A stretch of DNA of 32,000 nt, taken from positions 120,001 through 152,000 of the forward strand of contig JACQJH010000002.1 in the NCBI GenBank assembly GCA_016205145.1. Reading direction: 5' to 3'. The notes beneath the pieces were generated by a model. The model was given only the letters and a program-made list of their open reading frames with translations. It was not told where the DNA came from and did no database searches. Within the stretch, counting starts at the first letter, position 1; each line of letters opens with the position of its first letter. Made by a program: the position numbers and the translations under genes. Shown here piece after piece: positions 31,832 through 32,000 of the stretch. Origin of the DNA: Candidatus Iainarchaeum sp. (lineage in GTDB: Archaea > Iainarchaeota > Iainarchaeia > Iainarchaeales > JACQJH01).

Positions 31832-32000
31832 ACTGGACGGCGAAAAAAATCCAGATTCTCAGCCTTGCCATGGCAATCCTTTTCCTGATTTTCGTCGGAA
31901 CCGCATTCTACAACCTGCACGAGGGCTTTACTCTGATCGACTCGTTCTACCTTGCGGTTTCAACGCTTTCAACAGTCGGCTTCGGGGACGTGCACCCGGT
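31828..32000 (+). CDS. Potassium channel (pore-loop, TVGFGD selectivity filter), 5' part only
   Basis: MNWTAKKIQILSLAMAILFLIFVGTAFYNLHEGFTLIDSFYLAVSTLSTVGFGDVHP... ATGA overlap with the lipoprotein stop. Runs off the window. Confidence 0.8.
   Translation, partial: MNWTAKKIQILSLAMAILFLIFVGTAFYNLHEGFTLIDSFYLAVSTLSTVGFGDVHP

Overview
The window holds about 30 protein-coding genes. I recognised no rRNA, tRNA or CRISPR array. Gene content includes a COG2521-like methyltransferase, a single-domain KaiC/RadA-like ATPase, a DHH/DHHA1 phosphoesterase, DUF1015, VapBC, ScpA, CysS/CysE, CimA/LeuA, CarAB, NadB, Amt, a Kef-type antiporter, an erythrin-VIT1 protein and dCMP deaminase. A TTTAAATA-like box recurs about 24-29 nt upstream of many start codons. 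Together these suggest a small-genome, possibly DPANN-like, archaeon with mostly leaderless transcripts; this is inference, since no marker genes are present. Most of the window is housekeeping. The most unusual locus is 28.56-30.53 kb: an HExxH metallopeptidase divergently paired, through one shared TATA-like box, with a complete bacterial-type ECF sigma factor, followed by a sigma-like 252-aa partner. Other points worth a second look:
- A hairpin-rich intergenic region at 31.09-31.29 kb has two paralogous 10-bp hairpins differing by compensatory changes. It also carries a 93-nt insertion splitting a 32-nt element that is intact just after cysS (7181-7212).
- A GpgS-like glycosyltransferase is fused to a HAD phosphatase.
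- A PEP-utiliser swivel domain occurs without its usual partner domains.
- A CuA-motif cupredoxin lipoprotein occurs without an oxidase.
- A three-gene peptidase operon contains an oversized M29-like enzyme.
All family calls are by-eye motif recognition. Start codons are inferred from TATA spacing and N-terminal plausibility. No searches or statistics were run.
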